Positions 19,087 through 28,929 of a DNA stretch of 64,000 nt are shown here, piece after piece. Under the pieces are notes generated by a model. That model was not told where the DNA came from. It was given only the letters and a program-made list of their open reading frames with translations, and ran no database searches. Each line of letters opens with the position of its first letter. Position 1 is the first letter of the stretch. Made by a program: the position numbers and the translations under genes. Origin of the DNA: an uncultured Candidatus Binatia bacterium. Lineage in GTDB: Bacteria > Desulfobacterota > Binatia > Bin18. Where the stretch lies: NCBI GenBank assembly GCA_965214605.1, contig OZ243961.1:3008001-3072000 (forward strand), given 5' to 3'.

Positions 19087-20403
19087 ATGCAAGCACGTAA
19101 GGTCTACATTGAAACCTACGGCTGTCAGATGAATATTGCCGATACCGAACTGCTCGTCGGGCTGTTGAAACCGCACGGGTATGAGCCGACCGAGCAGGCC
19201 GAGCAGGCCGATGTGATTCTGCTCAACACCTGCGCCATTCGAGAGCACGCCGAGGAGCGTGTGCTCGGACGCCTGACCGACCTGGTACGCCACAAAACTC
19301 GTCGCCCCAACGTCCGTTTGGGCCTGACCGGCTGCATGGCCCAACACCACCGGGAGCGGCTGCTCGATAAAGCGCCCTTCCTCGACCTTGTCCTCGGTCC
19401 CGATGCGTATCGGAATCTACCAACCCTCTTAAGCCAGGAGGACCCCGACGATCCCCTGGTCTCGGTACGCCTCGACCGGGATGAAACCTACGCCGATGTG
19501 TCTCCGGTCCGGGCTGAGGGCATTCGGGCTTGGGTGACGGTCATGCGCGGATGTGACAAATTCTGCACCTTCTGCATCGTCCCCTACGTCAGAGGGCGTG
19601 AGCGCAGCGTACCGGCCCACGCCCTCCTGAGGCAGGTCCGAGACTTGGCCGAGCAGGGCTATAAGGAAGTGGTGTATCTGGGCCAGACCGTCAACGCCTA
19701 TCACCACGGCCCGTGTGACTTTGGTACGTTGCTGCGGCAGACAGCCGCCATTGACGGCGTTGAGCGTATTCGCTTCACCTCGCCCCATCCCTCGGACATG
19801 AACGAGGCGACCATTGAAGCCATGGCCAGCTGCCCCAAAGTCGCTCCCTACCTGCACCTGCCGCTCCAATCGGCCTCCAATCGCGTGCTGGCACGGATGG
19901 AGCGCGGCTATACCATCGAAGCCTACACTGCCCTCGTTGAGCGGTTGCGGGCAGCCGTCCCCGACCTTGCCCTTTCCACCGATATTATTGTCGGCTTTCC
20001 GGGTGAAGACGAGGACGATTTCCAGGCCACCTACGACTTTATGGAGTCCATTCAGTACGACACGGCTTTTATGTTTAAGTATTCGGTCCGCCAGGGGACC
20101 AAAGCCTCGAAGTGGGGCGATACCCTGTCAGAAGAAGAAAAGGGCGCGCGATTACAGAAGATTATCCGCCTTCAGGAACGCGTTTCCGCTGCGCTCAATC
20201 AGCGGCAGGTGGGCCGTCCCGTCGAAGTTTTGGTCGAGGGGACGGCAAAACGCCAAAAAGACTGGCTGGCTGGAAAGAACAAACAGTTCAAAACCGTGGT
20301 CTTTCCGGCAAATGGCGCCCGGCCGGGCCAGCTCGTGCAGGTCACCGTTGCCTCAGCCACCGCCCACACGCTGGTGGGAGCGGCACATGAGGGAGCACGA
20401 TGA
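19087..20403 (+). CDS. miaB: tRNA i6A37 methylthiotransferase
   Basis: TYGCQMN, NTCAIRE, GCMAQ, radical-SAM GCDKFCTFCIVP, TRAM domain; true start at ATG 19087. Confidence 0.96.
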   Translation: MQARKVYIETYGCQMNIADTELLVGLLKPHGYEPTEQAEQADVILLNTCAIREHAEERVLGRLTDLVRHKTRRPNVRLGLTGCMAQHHRERLLDKAPFLDLVLGPDAYRNLPTLLSQEDPDDPLVSVRLDRDETYADVSPVRAEGIRAWVTVMRGCDKFCTFCIVPYVRGRERSVPAHALLRQVRDLAEQGYKEVVYLGQTVNAYHHGPCDFGTLLRQTAAIDGVERIRFTSPHPSDMNEATIEAMASCPKVAPYLHLPLQSASNRVLARMERGYTIEAYTALVERLRAAVPDLALSTDIIVGFPGEDEDDFQATYDFMESIQYDTAFMFKYSVRQGTKASKWGDTLSEEEKGARLQKIIRLQERVSAALNQRQVGRPVEVLVEGTAKRQKDWLAGKNKQFKTVVFPANGARPGQLVQVTVASATAHTLVGAAHEGAR

Positions 20404-20487
20404 TTGAGAAGCGGCTGACAAGGGGTGATTGAGCCCTGTCGGAAACGGGGCAGTCCGGCTCTGAGGACCGCGTAGGAGCTCGTCACA

Positions 20488-20841
20488 CTAGTCCAACAAC
20501 TCCTCGACCATCTCCCCCGGTCGCGCTAAGACCGCCCGCTCACCGCGAATAATAATCGGCCGCTGCATGAGCTCCGGGTGTTCGAGCAAGACCCTGACTA
20601 CTGCCTCAGGGGTCGTGTAGTCGGCCTCGTTGAGCCCTAGCTCCTTAAAGCGTTTGTCCTTGCGCACCAAATCGGCGGCTGGGTTGGGCAGGAGCGTTAG
20701 GAAACGCTCAAAATCGGTCTGACTCAAAGGATTTTTCAGATATTCGGTAACGTCGACCTCGACGCCGCGCTGTTGCAGAATTCCGAGCGCTTTTCGGGAC
20801 TGGCCTCAGCCGGGGTTGTGATACATCTCAAGTTTTTCCAT
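20488..20841 (-). CDS. arsC: ArsC/Spx-family reductase, probable selenoprotein (U12)
   Basis: GGAGG RBS; ATG 20841 gives MEKLEMYHNPG-U-GQSRKAL..EYLKNP..LMQRPII..ARP. TGA at 20806-20808 occupies the catalytic Cys position. Confidence 0.85.
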
Positions 20842-20911
20842 GCAGATACCCTCCTGTAGAGAATGTTGGAGCCAGCTTATCTGGACCGGGCTCACTCTGC
20901 CAACCCCGCTC

Positions 20912-22096
20912 CTAGGGCTCTCTTGTCACCACTAGGCCGCTGCCCCGGAGCATGGGCGAGCCGTCAATCGCGCAGGCCGCGGCGGCGTTTGGCACCTGGC
21001 GTTTGTCGGCCCGCCCGGTCACCTGCAAAACCGCCTCGGCAATGTGTCCCATGCCGTGCAGGCGTCCCTCGCTCAGGCTGCCCCCAAAGGTATTCACCGG
21101 CAGCTCGCCCTCTAGCTTGATGCGGCCGTCCTGGATAAAGGCGTGGGCTTCCCCCTGCGGACAAAATCCGGCCGCTTCCAGCCAATAGAGGGCTGACGGA
21201 CTAAACCCGTCGTACAGCTGGGCGGTACGCATATCCGTGGGCCCGAGGCCGGACGAAGCCCACAGTTTTTTAGCCAACGAGCCCCCACACGCCATGTAGT
21301 CATCCTGCGAATAGTGAAACAAGGTCCGTCGCCGGCTCGTGTTCTGACCGTAGCCGGCCACATAGGCGGGTGGGCTGGGCAGGTCTCTGGCCCGGTCGGC
21401 CGTGGTCAGAACAAGGGCCACGCAGCCCTCGACCGGAATATCGCAGTCAAACAAACACAGCGGTTCGGCAATGGGACGGGCCGAGAAGTACTCTTGGCGG
21501 CTCATCGGCGTGGTATAAAAATAGGCGTGGGGGTTGAGGTTGGCATTCCGGCGACTGTTCGTCACAAAGGTGGCCAAGTCCTCCCGGCTGGCCCCGTACA
21601 GATGCATGTAGCGCTGCCAGGCCATGGCGTGCCACTGAAAAATGCCCGTACAGCCATAGGGGGCGATAAACTGGGCATCGCCCGCCGCCCGATCGCTCTT
21701 CCACGCCCCATAGCGGCCACGCGGGTTGTGCATCGCCCGCCACACCAGAACGTACTCACACGCCCCGGCTAGCAGGGCATGAACCGCCTCAATGATCGGA
21801 CTGGCAATCATGCCGGTTTCGACCTGGGCGTACCAGCGAATATCCGGGGCTAGCACCAAGTGATTCATGATGTATTCAACACTGACAATATCCTGACCGT
21901 CCTTGTGGCCAGCGCCCAGAAACGGCGCTTCGGGAAACGTTGCCAGCCCGTCCACCTGCTCCGGTCTGACCCCGGCGTCAGCCAGGGCAGCCCGACAGCC
22001 GTCAAGGGCCAGGAGGCCAAGCGGTTTTTCCGAGTGTCGGGTCAGCTTAGAATAGCCCACCCCAACAATGGCGGTTTTGCCTCTTCCGGTCCACAT
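20912..22096 (-). CDS. Thiolase-superfamily protein (Ltp2/SCP-x-like)
   Basis: AIVGVG, PL.LFDC, AQLYDGFS, NTFGGSLSEGRLHG. Confidence 0.88.
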   Translation of the reverse strand: MWTGRGKTAIVGVGYSKLTRHSEKPLGLLALDGCRAALADAGVRPEQVDGLATFPEAPFLGAGHKDGQDIVSVEYIMNHLVLAPDIRWYAQVETGMIASPIIEAVHALLAGACEYVLVWRAMHNPRGRYGAWKSDRAAGDAQFIAPYGCTGIFQWHAMAWQRYMHLYGASREDLATFVTNSRRNANLNPHAYFYTTPMSRQEYFSARPIAEPLCLFDCDIPVEGCVALVLTTADRARDLPSPPAYVAGYGQNTSRRRTLFHYSQDDYMACGGSLAKKLWASSGLGPTDMRTAQLYDGFSPSALYWLEAAGFCPQGEAHAFIQDGRIKLEGELPVNTFGGSLSEGRLHGMGHIAEAVLQVTGRADKRQVPNAAAACAIDGSPMLRGSGLVVTREP

Positions 22097-22144
22097 ACGC
22101 GCCTCCGTCCGTGGTGCTGCTCCCTCTCGCAAGAGGGCATTGGG

Positions 22145-22561
22145 TCACACTATCCGAAACTGTGGGAGGCTGATCTCCGCGTCGACGTCTTCAAAAAAGA
22201 CCTCAACCGATCTGCCAATTTGTACCTTATCCCGGTCGGCCAGCGGCAGGTTGGCGACCATAAACAGGCGTTCTTGCTCTTCCAACTCGACCAGGATGTT
22301 CAGATAGGGAATGTGGTCTTCAAAGCCGGCAATGTTCGGCTGGTGCATGACCGTGAAGCTGTAGACCGTGCCCCGGCCGCTCACTGGCTCGAAATCCAGC
22401 TGCTGCGACTGGCAGGCGTCACACGCCACCCGTGGGGGATGGTTAAAATAGCCACATGCCGTGCAGTGCTGGAGTACCAGGCGGTGGTGTTTGGCCGCGT
22501 CCCAGAACGGCTTGGAGAGCGTATCAACTGCGGGCAGCGGTTTGGGCCGTTTTTCCGACAT
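22145..22561 (-). CDS. DUF35 Zn-ribbon/OB-fold protein
   Basis: PFW...L.LQHCTACG..HPP..C..C, SGRGTVYSFT. Confidence 0.92.
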   Translation of the reverse strand: MSEKRPKPLPAVDTLSKPFWDAAKHHRLVLQHCTACGYFNHPPRVACDACQSQQLDFEPVSGRGTVYSFTVMHQPNIAGFEDHIPYLNILVELEEQERLFMVANLPLADRDKVQIGRSVEVFFEDVDAEISLPQFRIV

Positions 22562-22577
22562 ACCGGACTCCTGTGAC

Positions 22578-25500
22578 TCAGGGTGAGACCGAAATTATAC
22601 TTGAGCGGCTGCTTTTGTGAATCTTCACCTGCATCGGCATTGCTGCGGCGACTTCTTCGACATGCGTAATAATGCCAACCATCCGGCCTTCTTCGCCGCG
22701 CAACTCTTGGAGTGTTTCCGTCACCATTTGCACGCCCTCTCGGTCCAGCGTGCCAAACCCCTCATCCAGAATCAGGCATTCGGTGGAGGTCTTTGCCGCA
22801 CGCCCAGTTGCAACGGTCCGAAAACCTTGCGAGAGAGCGAGCGCAATGGCGAGCGAAGCCAAAAAGGTTTCTCCGCCCGACAGGGAACGGGTCGGCCGGG
22901 CTCGCTGCCGATTTTCGTGGTCAATAATTTGGAGATCAATCGCCCGACCGCGATAGGCAATATCAAACGCATACCGTCCGTGGGTGAGCCGTTGCAGGTG
23001 GCCGGACGCATCGCGCATGAGGGCCTCTATAGCCCCCCGCGAAAGAAAGTCGGTGAACTCCGAGCCCAGCAGCTTACGCAGGTCTGACGCCATGCGTTGC
23101 TCGGTTTCGGCGGTGCGCAGTTTTTCTTCTTCCTGCTCTTTCTCCTTCCAGCGACGTTTGGCCTCGGCCTGTTCCGCCTCTAAACGCCCGCGGTATTCTT
23201 GAAGAGAGAGCCTTTGCCCTCGCACCGTTTCCAGCTGGGGCTTGATATTTGCCCCGTCCTCACCGGCGTCAGCCACGCGTTGCCGGGCAATCGCCTCCCG
23301 CAGCTTTTCCCGTTCCCGTGCGAGCTGGCTTTGAGCCTGTTGCTGTCTGTCCCGCACTTCTTCCAACACGCGCGTTCGGGCTTGCAGGTCGACCTGCAGC
23401 TCGGCGGCCCGACGTTCGGCCCGCCCGTGATTCGCCCGCACGGCGTCTTCACGCTGCGATAACTCTAGGAACCGGCCCTGCTTACGTGACAGCCCGTTGA
23501 GTTCCCTTCCGAGGTCTTCAGCCCGTGGGAAAGACGCGTCTGCGGCCAGACCGAGACATTCTCGGACTGCTCGTGCCTCACGCTCGGCTCGTTGCAACGC
23601 CGCCTTGCGTTCGGACGCGAGCAGGCTGAGAGCCCCCTCGGCTTGGATTTGCCGTGTGGTGAGCTGGTTGAGAGCCGTTTCTGCCCGATGTCGGCCTGCC
23701 TCTGACTCCTTCCTGTGTTGCTCAGCCTGCATCACACGGGTCCGGCGTTGGATAATGCTGTCTTCGGGGTCTGTGTGCGGTGCGTGAAACACGGCAATTT
23801 CGGCCCTGAGCTCCGTGAACTGACGCGTAGCGGTGTTCAGCCTTTCTGTTGACCCTCGCAGCGCTTCGGCGAGCTTTGCCTCTTCTTGTTGGGCGCGTTC
23901 ACGGTGGCGTGACAGCTTCCCCTTTTCTTGTTCGGCAGACACCGCCTGGAGCTCGACATCTTTGAGGGTTGCGCCAAGTTCGTTTTGTTGTGCCTGTAAA
24001 GCCTGCAGGGCTTTGGCAGGAGACGCATGGCCGGGGAAACGTGCCATGAATCGGTCCTGGCCTGCTTGGTAGACGCGGGCGCATTCTTGCAGTTCCTGCT
24101 CTGCAGCCGTAAGCCCCGCCCGTTGTCTGACAACCGTTGCATGGGCTTCTTGCGCTGCTCTCCGTTTTTGCTCCGTGGTCTGTTGGGTGCCTTCCAACTG
24201 CGCCTGCAGTTCCTGCAGACTGTTCCCCGCGTCTTGAGCAGCAGGAATTGTGCCGACGGGTGCCTGACATACCGGACAGGCGTCGCCAATGTGAAGCGTC
24301 TCCCGCAGATGGGCGGCTTCGTGCTGGCGCTGGGCGTCTTCAAGTGCGGTGCGGGCCGCCTGCTCCTGCCCTTGCGCTTGGGCGAGATCGTCCCCGGCGT
24401 GCCGGGCTGTGTGTTCGGCTCTGGCAAGCGCCCTACGGGTGGTCTCACACGTGGCTTGGAGCCGCTCTTCTGCCTCGGCCGCCCCGCGGAGTTCTCGGCC
24501 CAGAGATTCCGCTTCCGCCATCAATTGGCGCTTCTGGCGCTCGTCTTCTCTGGCTCGTTCACGCGTTGCCGTGAGCCTCCGGACCACCTGCTCGTGGAGA
24601 GCCTCTTGGCGCTTCACCTGATCCCGCGTGTGTTGGATGGCCGCTTGTTCGCGGCGCAACGAGTCGATCTGAGCGTGCAGTTCCCGCAGTTCCCGGTCCA
24701 GCTCTTTCCAGCGTTTTGCCGCGCTCAGCTTTTCCGTGAGCATGGCCACGTCGCCGGCTTCGGCAATGAGCTGTTCATAGGCGGCCGTGTGGGTCTGAGA
24801 CTGAGCGCGCGCCTGCTCAACCTCCCGTGTATGTCGCGCGATCCGTTGTGTCAGCGCCTCAACTTCTCCCTGAGCACGGGTATGTTCAGCACTTTTCTGT
24901 TCGGCTTCCTTGTGAGCGACCGCCCAGTCACCAAGATGAACAACGGCCCGTTTGACGACCTCGTGCCGCGCTGTATCATAGCCGAGTGCCTGTCGTTCTT
25001 GACCGATCTGGGCTAATTCACGGGTCAGTCCAGCAACCCGGACTACCACCTCATCGGCCTTTTTTTTTGCTCCCTCTCTCTCTTGCGTACGTATCTGGAC
25101 GTCTCCCTGAAGCTCGGCAGCCCGACTTCGGACCCCTACGACGTGATCGACCTGTTGGGCCACACTTTGCAGGACTTGCTCTTGCTGAGAGAGATGCTCA
25201 AGGCGTTGGTCAAGCTGGGCCAACTCTTCTTGCCGGAGTGTCAGGGACGCCTGGCTCAACCCGGCGTATTGGGCCAAGGTTTCCCGCCGCGTTTCCGCCC
25301 GGGCTTTGGCCTGGTCGGCCACGAGTTTGGCCTGGTCGGCCACGCGCGCGTACACGCCGAGTTCCAAGATTTTGGCGAGCAACTCGCGGCGCTTTTTCGG
25401 CTCGCTGGTCAGAAACTCGGCATAGCGCCCTTGTGGGAGAATGACCGTTTTGGTGAAGCTCTCAAAATCAAGGCCCAATAACTCTTCAACGCGTTTTGTG

Positions 25501-25859
25501 AGGAGAGTGGATCCGGATTGATCCTGTATCCACTCTTGCCCCTCACGTTCGCTTAACCCGGAGTCCGTAATCTGGCCTGTGCGGCGAACCGCTCGAAACC
25601 ACTGCCGACCAACCGTGAAGTCAAGCACGACCTCACACGTCTGCGCCCCGGCTGAAATCACGCCTCTTGAATCCGCGCCGTAGCGTGCCGTGCGACCATA
25701 CAGGCACCACACAATCGCGTCGATCAGCGCAGACTTCCCGCTGGCCATCGGGCCGGTAATGGCGAAGAGGTCGAGCTGTGAGAAGTCTACTTCATGGACC
25801 TGATTGCCTGTCTCCCGAAAGGACATGAAATTTTTGAGGCTGAGTTTTTGGGGACGCAT
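22578..25859 (-). CDS. sbcC: SbcC/Rad50 SMC-family ATPase
   Basis: Walker A GPMASGKS, LPQG, CPVC Zn hook, long coiled coil, LSGGE, LDEGFG. Confidence 0.95.
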   Translation of the reverse strand: MRPQKLSLKNFMSFRETGNQVHEVDFSQLDLFAITGPMASGKSALIDAIVWCLYGRTARYGADSRGVISAGAQTCEVVLDFTVGRQWFRAVRRTGQITDSGLSEREGQEWIQDQSGSTLLTKRVEELLGLDFESFTKTVILPQGRYAEFLTSEPKKRRELLAKILELGVYARVADQAKLVADQAKARAETRRETLAQYAGLSQASLTLRQEELAQLDQRLEHLSQQEQVLQSVAQQVDHVVGVRSRAAELQGDVQIRTQEREGAKKKADEVVVRVAGLTRELAQIGQERQALGYDTARHEVVKRAVVHLGDWAVAHKEAEQKSAEHTRAQGEVEALTQRIARHTREVEQARAQSQTHTAAYEQLIAEAGDVAMLTEKLSAAKRWKELDRELRELHAQIDSLRREQAAIQHTRDQVKRQEALHEQVVRRLTATRERAREDERQKRQLMAEAESLGRELRGAAEAEERLQATCETTRRALARAEHTARHAGDDLAQAQGQEQAARTALEDAQRQHEAAHLRETLHIGDACPVCQAPVGTIPAAQDAGNSLQELQAQLEGTQQTTEQKRRAAQEAHATVVRQRAGLTAAEQELQECARVYQAGQDRFMARFPGHASPAKALQALQAQQNELGATLKDVELQAVSAEQEKGKLSRHRERAQQEEAKLAEALRGSTERLNTATRQFTELRAEIAVFHAPHTDPEDSIIQRRTRVMQAEQHRKESEAGRHRAETALNQLTTRQIQAEGALSLLASERKAALQRAEREARAVRECLGLAADASFPRAEDLGRELNGLSRKQGRFLELSQREDAVRANHGRAERRAAELQVDLQARTRVLEEVRDRQQQAQSQLAREREKLREAIARQRVADAGEDGANIKPQLETVRGQRLSLQEYRGRLEAEQAEAKRRWKEKEQEEEKLRTAETEQRMASDLRKLLGSEFTDFLSRGAIEALMRDASGHLQRLTHGRYAFDIAYRGRAIDLQIIDHENRQRARPTRSLSGGETFLASLAIALALSQGFRTVATGRAAKTSTECLILDEGFGTLDREGVQMVTETLQELRGEEGRMVGIITHVEEVAAAMPMQVKIHKSSRSSIISVSP

Positions 25860-25996
25860 GGTACTAACCGTCAACTCCTTTGGAAATCTCTGCCCTGCCG
25901 CCTCACCCGCCGGTGGCAGAGGTGGCCGGTGAGGGGACATGCACGCTCACTGCCATACCCCTCTCCCCCAAGGGAGGAGAAGGCGACGTGCGGCCA

Positions 25997-27172
25997 TCAG
26001 GGCTCATCGCGTGCGGTGCTGACCTCTTGATAGAGTCGCTCAAATAAGGCCACGAGCTGAGGTTCGGGAGGAGCGTTGCGTTTTGATTTATAGTAACCGG
26101 TAAAAAGTTCGGCCGCTGGACGCTCCTTCGGATTGTGCAGTGTTTCGCTGCCCGTGTCTCTTACGGGCGTCTCTTCAAACCGCAGCGACACCACGCCGGG
26201 CAGAGCACGGATGCGTTCAATCAGTTCAGAAGTTTGGCCTTCCGGCTTTAAGACGACCTCGACCCAGGCGTTCGTGAACTCTTCGGCCTCAGACAGGATG
26301 GCCTCGGCCGTCCCTGTCCGACGCAGCAACGCCTTGCCGTGTGTCAGCGCAATCGGCGAGACGTCCGCGGGTTTGTCCGGATGCGCCTCAATCAGATACA
26401 CACTCTTTTGTTGGCCCCGCTCACCAAAGTCCATTTGCAGGATCGAGCCGGCATAGTGCGTCTGCGCACTTGTCCTGGGCACTTTTTGTGGCTTATGCAT
26501 GTGTCCCAAGGCCACATAGTGCACCTGACCGGGTAAAACCCCAGGATCAATAGGGAAGATGCTTGAGCGCCACTCCCCGCCGCCAAACTCCGTGCCGGCA
26601 ATATGGGCGTGAGCCAGCACGATGGATACTGCATTGCGATCCTTCTGGTGCATTGCTCCTTTCAAGGCGTCCAGATAGTTCTTAACCTCACTCTGATAGG
26701 AACTCAGACGTTCGGTCTCGCTTTTGTCCGTTCCTTCGGCCGCGGTCAGAACGTGGTGGGGATGGAGGTAGGGCAGACAACCCACCAGCGCGCGCTCTCC
26801 CCCCTCCCGTTGAGGAATGGAAACAATGAGATCCAAAGGGTCTACGCTGAGGTCGGCCATCATATACACGCGGAGCAAATCGCCCAGAGGTTTGAGAGTG
26901 CGCAGGCGGGCGGCGTCATCGTGATTGCCCGGAATGACAACCGAGACGATATTCTCGCGGGCGAGTTGGGCCAGGGTCTGAGCCACGAGTTCCTCAGCAG
27001 CAAGGGGCGGCCGCCGCTCATGGAAGATGTCGCCGGTGACCAGAACGGCATCGACCTGTTCGCGCCTGGCAATATCAATAAGCTCGGCAAACACGGCCTG
27101 GTGTTCATCCATCCGGGAGCGACTGCGAATGGTCCGGCCAACGTGCCAGTCTGAGGTATGGAGAAACTTCAT
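25997..27172 (-). CDS. sbcD: SbcD/Mre11 nuclease
   Basis: LHTSDWHVG, GDIF, GNHD, ALGHMH, YAGS. Confidence 0.95.
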   Translation of the reverse strand: MKFLHTSDWHVGRTIRSRSRMDEHQAVFAELIDIARREQVDAVLVTGDIFHERRPPLAAEELVAQTLAQLARENIVSVVIPGNHDDAARLRTLKPLGDLLRVYMMADLSVDPLDLIVSIPQREGGERALVGCLPYLHPHHVLTAAEGTDKSETERLSSYQSEVKNYLDALKGAMHQKDRNAVSIVLAHAHIAGTEFGGGEWRSSIFPIDPGVLPGQVHYVALGHMHKPQKVPRTSAQTHYAGSILQMDFGERGQQKSVYLIEAHPDKPADVSPIALTHGKALLRRTGTAEAILSEAEEFTNAWVEVVLKPEGQTSELIERIRALPGVVSLRFEETPVRDTGSETLHNPKERPAAELFTGYYKSKRNAPPEPQLVALFERLYQEVSTARDEP

Positions 27173-27182
27173 GGCCGGCTTC

Positions 27183-28913
27183 CTAATACTCACTTTCCCG
27201 GACCCGGGCCAGTTTCAGACTCGGCTTGGGCAGCTTCTGCTCCTCAACCCGGGTCGCCCAGGCCGGCTTGGGAAAGCGGACCGGGACAGGCGTTGGGATA
27301 TCCGGCTGCGAGACGATCATCCGGCCTGAGGTCAAAATGACTGCCCGCTGACGGAGTGTGGCGGGCAGGAAGCCGTACTCGGCGCGTTCGGCCTCGGCCG
27401 CGTCTAAGCGTCCGACAATCCGAAACGCCGGGTTGGCCACAATCCGGCGCTCCACCTCAGACGCCGTTTGCTGCGCGCCGATCAGGATCGTGCCGCTCGA
27501 CCGGCCCCGCTCGGCAATTTCCAGCAGTCGCTCGCGAATCGGCGACCAGCCGTCGCGCGGGGCATAGCGGTTGAGCTCATCGACCACAATGAAACACAGC
27601 GGTTCGGCCGAGCCGGTGTCCTCTTTTTCCTGCTGAATCTGCTGCAGAACCGAGCCGACCACAAAACCCTTGCCAATTTCAGACAGCCCGGTCAGGCTGA
27701 CCACCGTCACCTGCTTTTTGCGCCAGTTGATGCTGTGGGCGTTCGGGTCGGCGTCGGCCGGATCGCGAATGATATGGGCGACCTTGTCTTCGGCACTGTA
27801 CATCCGTCGTTGAAAAGCCCCGATTGTGCCCTGGGCGTGATTGGTGCTCGCAGCGAGAGCTTCCATGGCTCGCAGCAGGGTCGGAAAGTCCCGGATCTCG
27901 TGCTCCTCCGGGACCGCTCCGGCGTCTTGCTCAGCGTTTGCCCCTTGCCCTCTCCCCTTTTTTTCGGCTTTGTCGATCGGCAGAAATACGCTTGGTCCCG
28001 GCCCGTCGTGTTTGTCCGCAGTCTCGGCCGCCTCACTCAGGCGACGTTCCATCTGGTAGATCAGGCTCGATAACAGTGAGGCTTCGTCTCCGCTGTCGGT
28101 AAACAGATAGCGCAGCAAACGCTCACGGCAAAAGTCGCGGACGGTCCAAAAGTAGGGCGTGACCTCATCGGCCGGGCGGGAGCCGACCCGAGGCATAATC
28201 GAGCTGCGGGCCTGCTCTGTTGGCGGCACATAGAACTGGACCGAATCAAACGGCGCGGCCGGCAGACCCATGGTCTCGTACTCGCTTTCGTCTTCGAGAC
28301 CGATGGCGTTGCTAGGTTTATCAAGGAAGAGCAAATCCTCGCCCTTGACGTTAAAGATAATCGCGTGGGTGTTCTTGGCGTCGTTCAGCTGACCGCAGTG
28401 CAGTAAACTGTGGAGCAGAAAGGTTGCGTAGGTTGTTTTGGTTGCAATACCCGACACGCCGCTGATGTTCATGTGGGCGCCTTTGCGGCCGTTCAGAAAA
28501 TCGAGATTGCCGTACACCACCTCTTGTCCGGACAAAGACAGCCCGATTGGAAACTTGTACTCCATTTTGTCCATAAAGAGGGCTTGAGCGTACTCTTCTC
28601 CACGGACCACCCGGACCGTATTGCCCGGCAGCGGCGGATAGTAATACTCGGGCTCCAAGCGGGTGACTTTGACATGAGCGGCAATTGACAGCTCGACCGG
28701 CAGACCCTGCTCAGCCTCAACCACGTCCGAGTCAAACATCGAGCCCTGATGGCGCGAACGGATCATATCGACCATGCCAAACAGCTTGAGGGCCCCCTGC
28801 GGCGATTGGGTTTCGACCACCACCGCCTCGTCAACCTGCACGGCTTCGCCCTCCTCCAACAAGACCCAGAATTCCAGCGGGGTGGCGTCCTGCGTCCCAA
28901 TCACTTTGCCCAT
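27183..28913 (-). CDS. herA: HerA-family ATPase/helicase
   Basis: N-terminal HAS-barrel-like region, HMNISGVSGIATKT, FNVKGED, VVDELNRYAP, RGRS.G..LIGAQQ. Confidence 0.9.
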   Translation of the reverse strand: MGKVIGTQDATPLEFWVLLEEGEAVQVDEAVVVETQSPQGALKLFGMVDMIRSRHQGSMFDSDVVEAEQGLPVELSIAAHVKVTRLEPEYYYPPLPGNTVRVVRGEEYAQALFMDKMEYKFPIGLSLSGQEVVYGNLDFLNGRKGAHMNISGVSGIATKTTYATFLLHSLLHCGQLNDAKNTHAIIFNVKGEDLLFLDKPSNAIGLEDESEYETMGLPAAPFDSVQFYVPPTEQARSSIMPRVGSRPADEVTPYFWTVRDFCRERLLRYLFTDSGDEASLLSSLIYQMERRLSEAAETADKHDGPGPSVFLPIDKAEKKGRGQGANAEQDAGAVPEEHEIRDFPTLLRAMEALAASTNHAQGTIGAFQRRMYSAEDKVAHIIRDPADADPNAHSINWRKKQVTVVSLTGLSEIGKGFVVGSVLQQIQQEKEDTGSAEPLCFIVVDELNRYAPRDGWSPIRERLLEIAERGRSSGTILIGAQQTASEVERRIVANPAFRIVGRLDAAEAERAEYGFLPATLRQRAVILTSGRMIVSQPDIPTPVPVRFPKPAWATRVEEQKLPKPSLKLARVRESEY

Positions 28914-28929
28914 GGTTTATCCTTCACTC

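Noticed and set aside
24027-25016. Long plus-strand ORFs opposite sbcC (and similar ones opposite moaB, XPB and caiB)
   Set aside because: Antisense shadow ORFs typical of GC-rich coding DNA, with no recognisable motifs.
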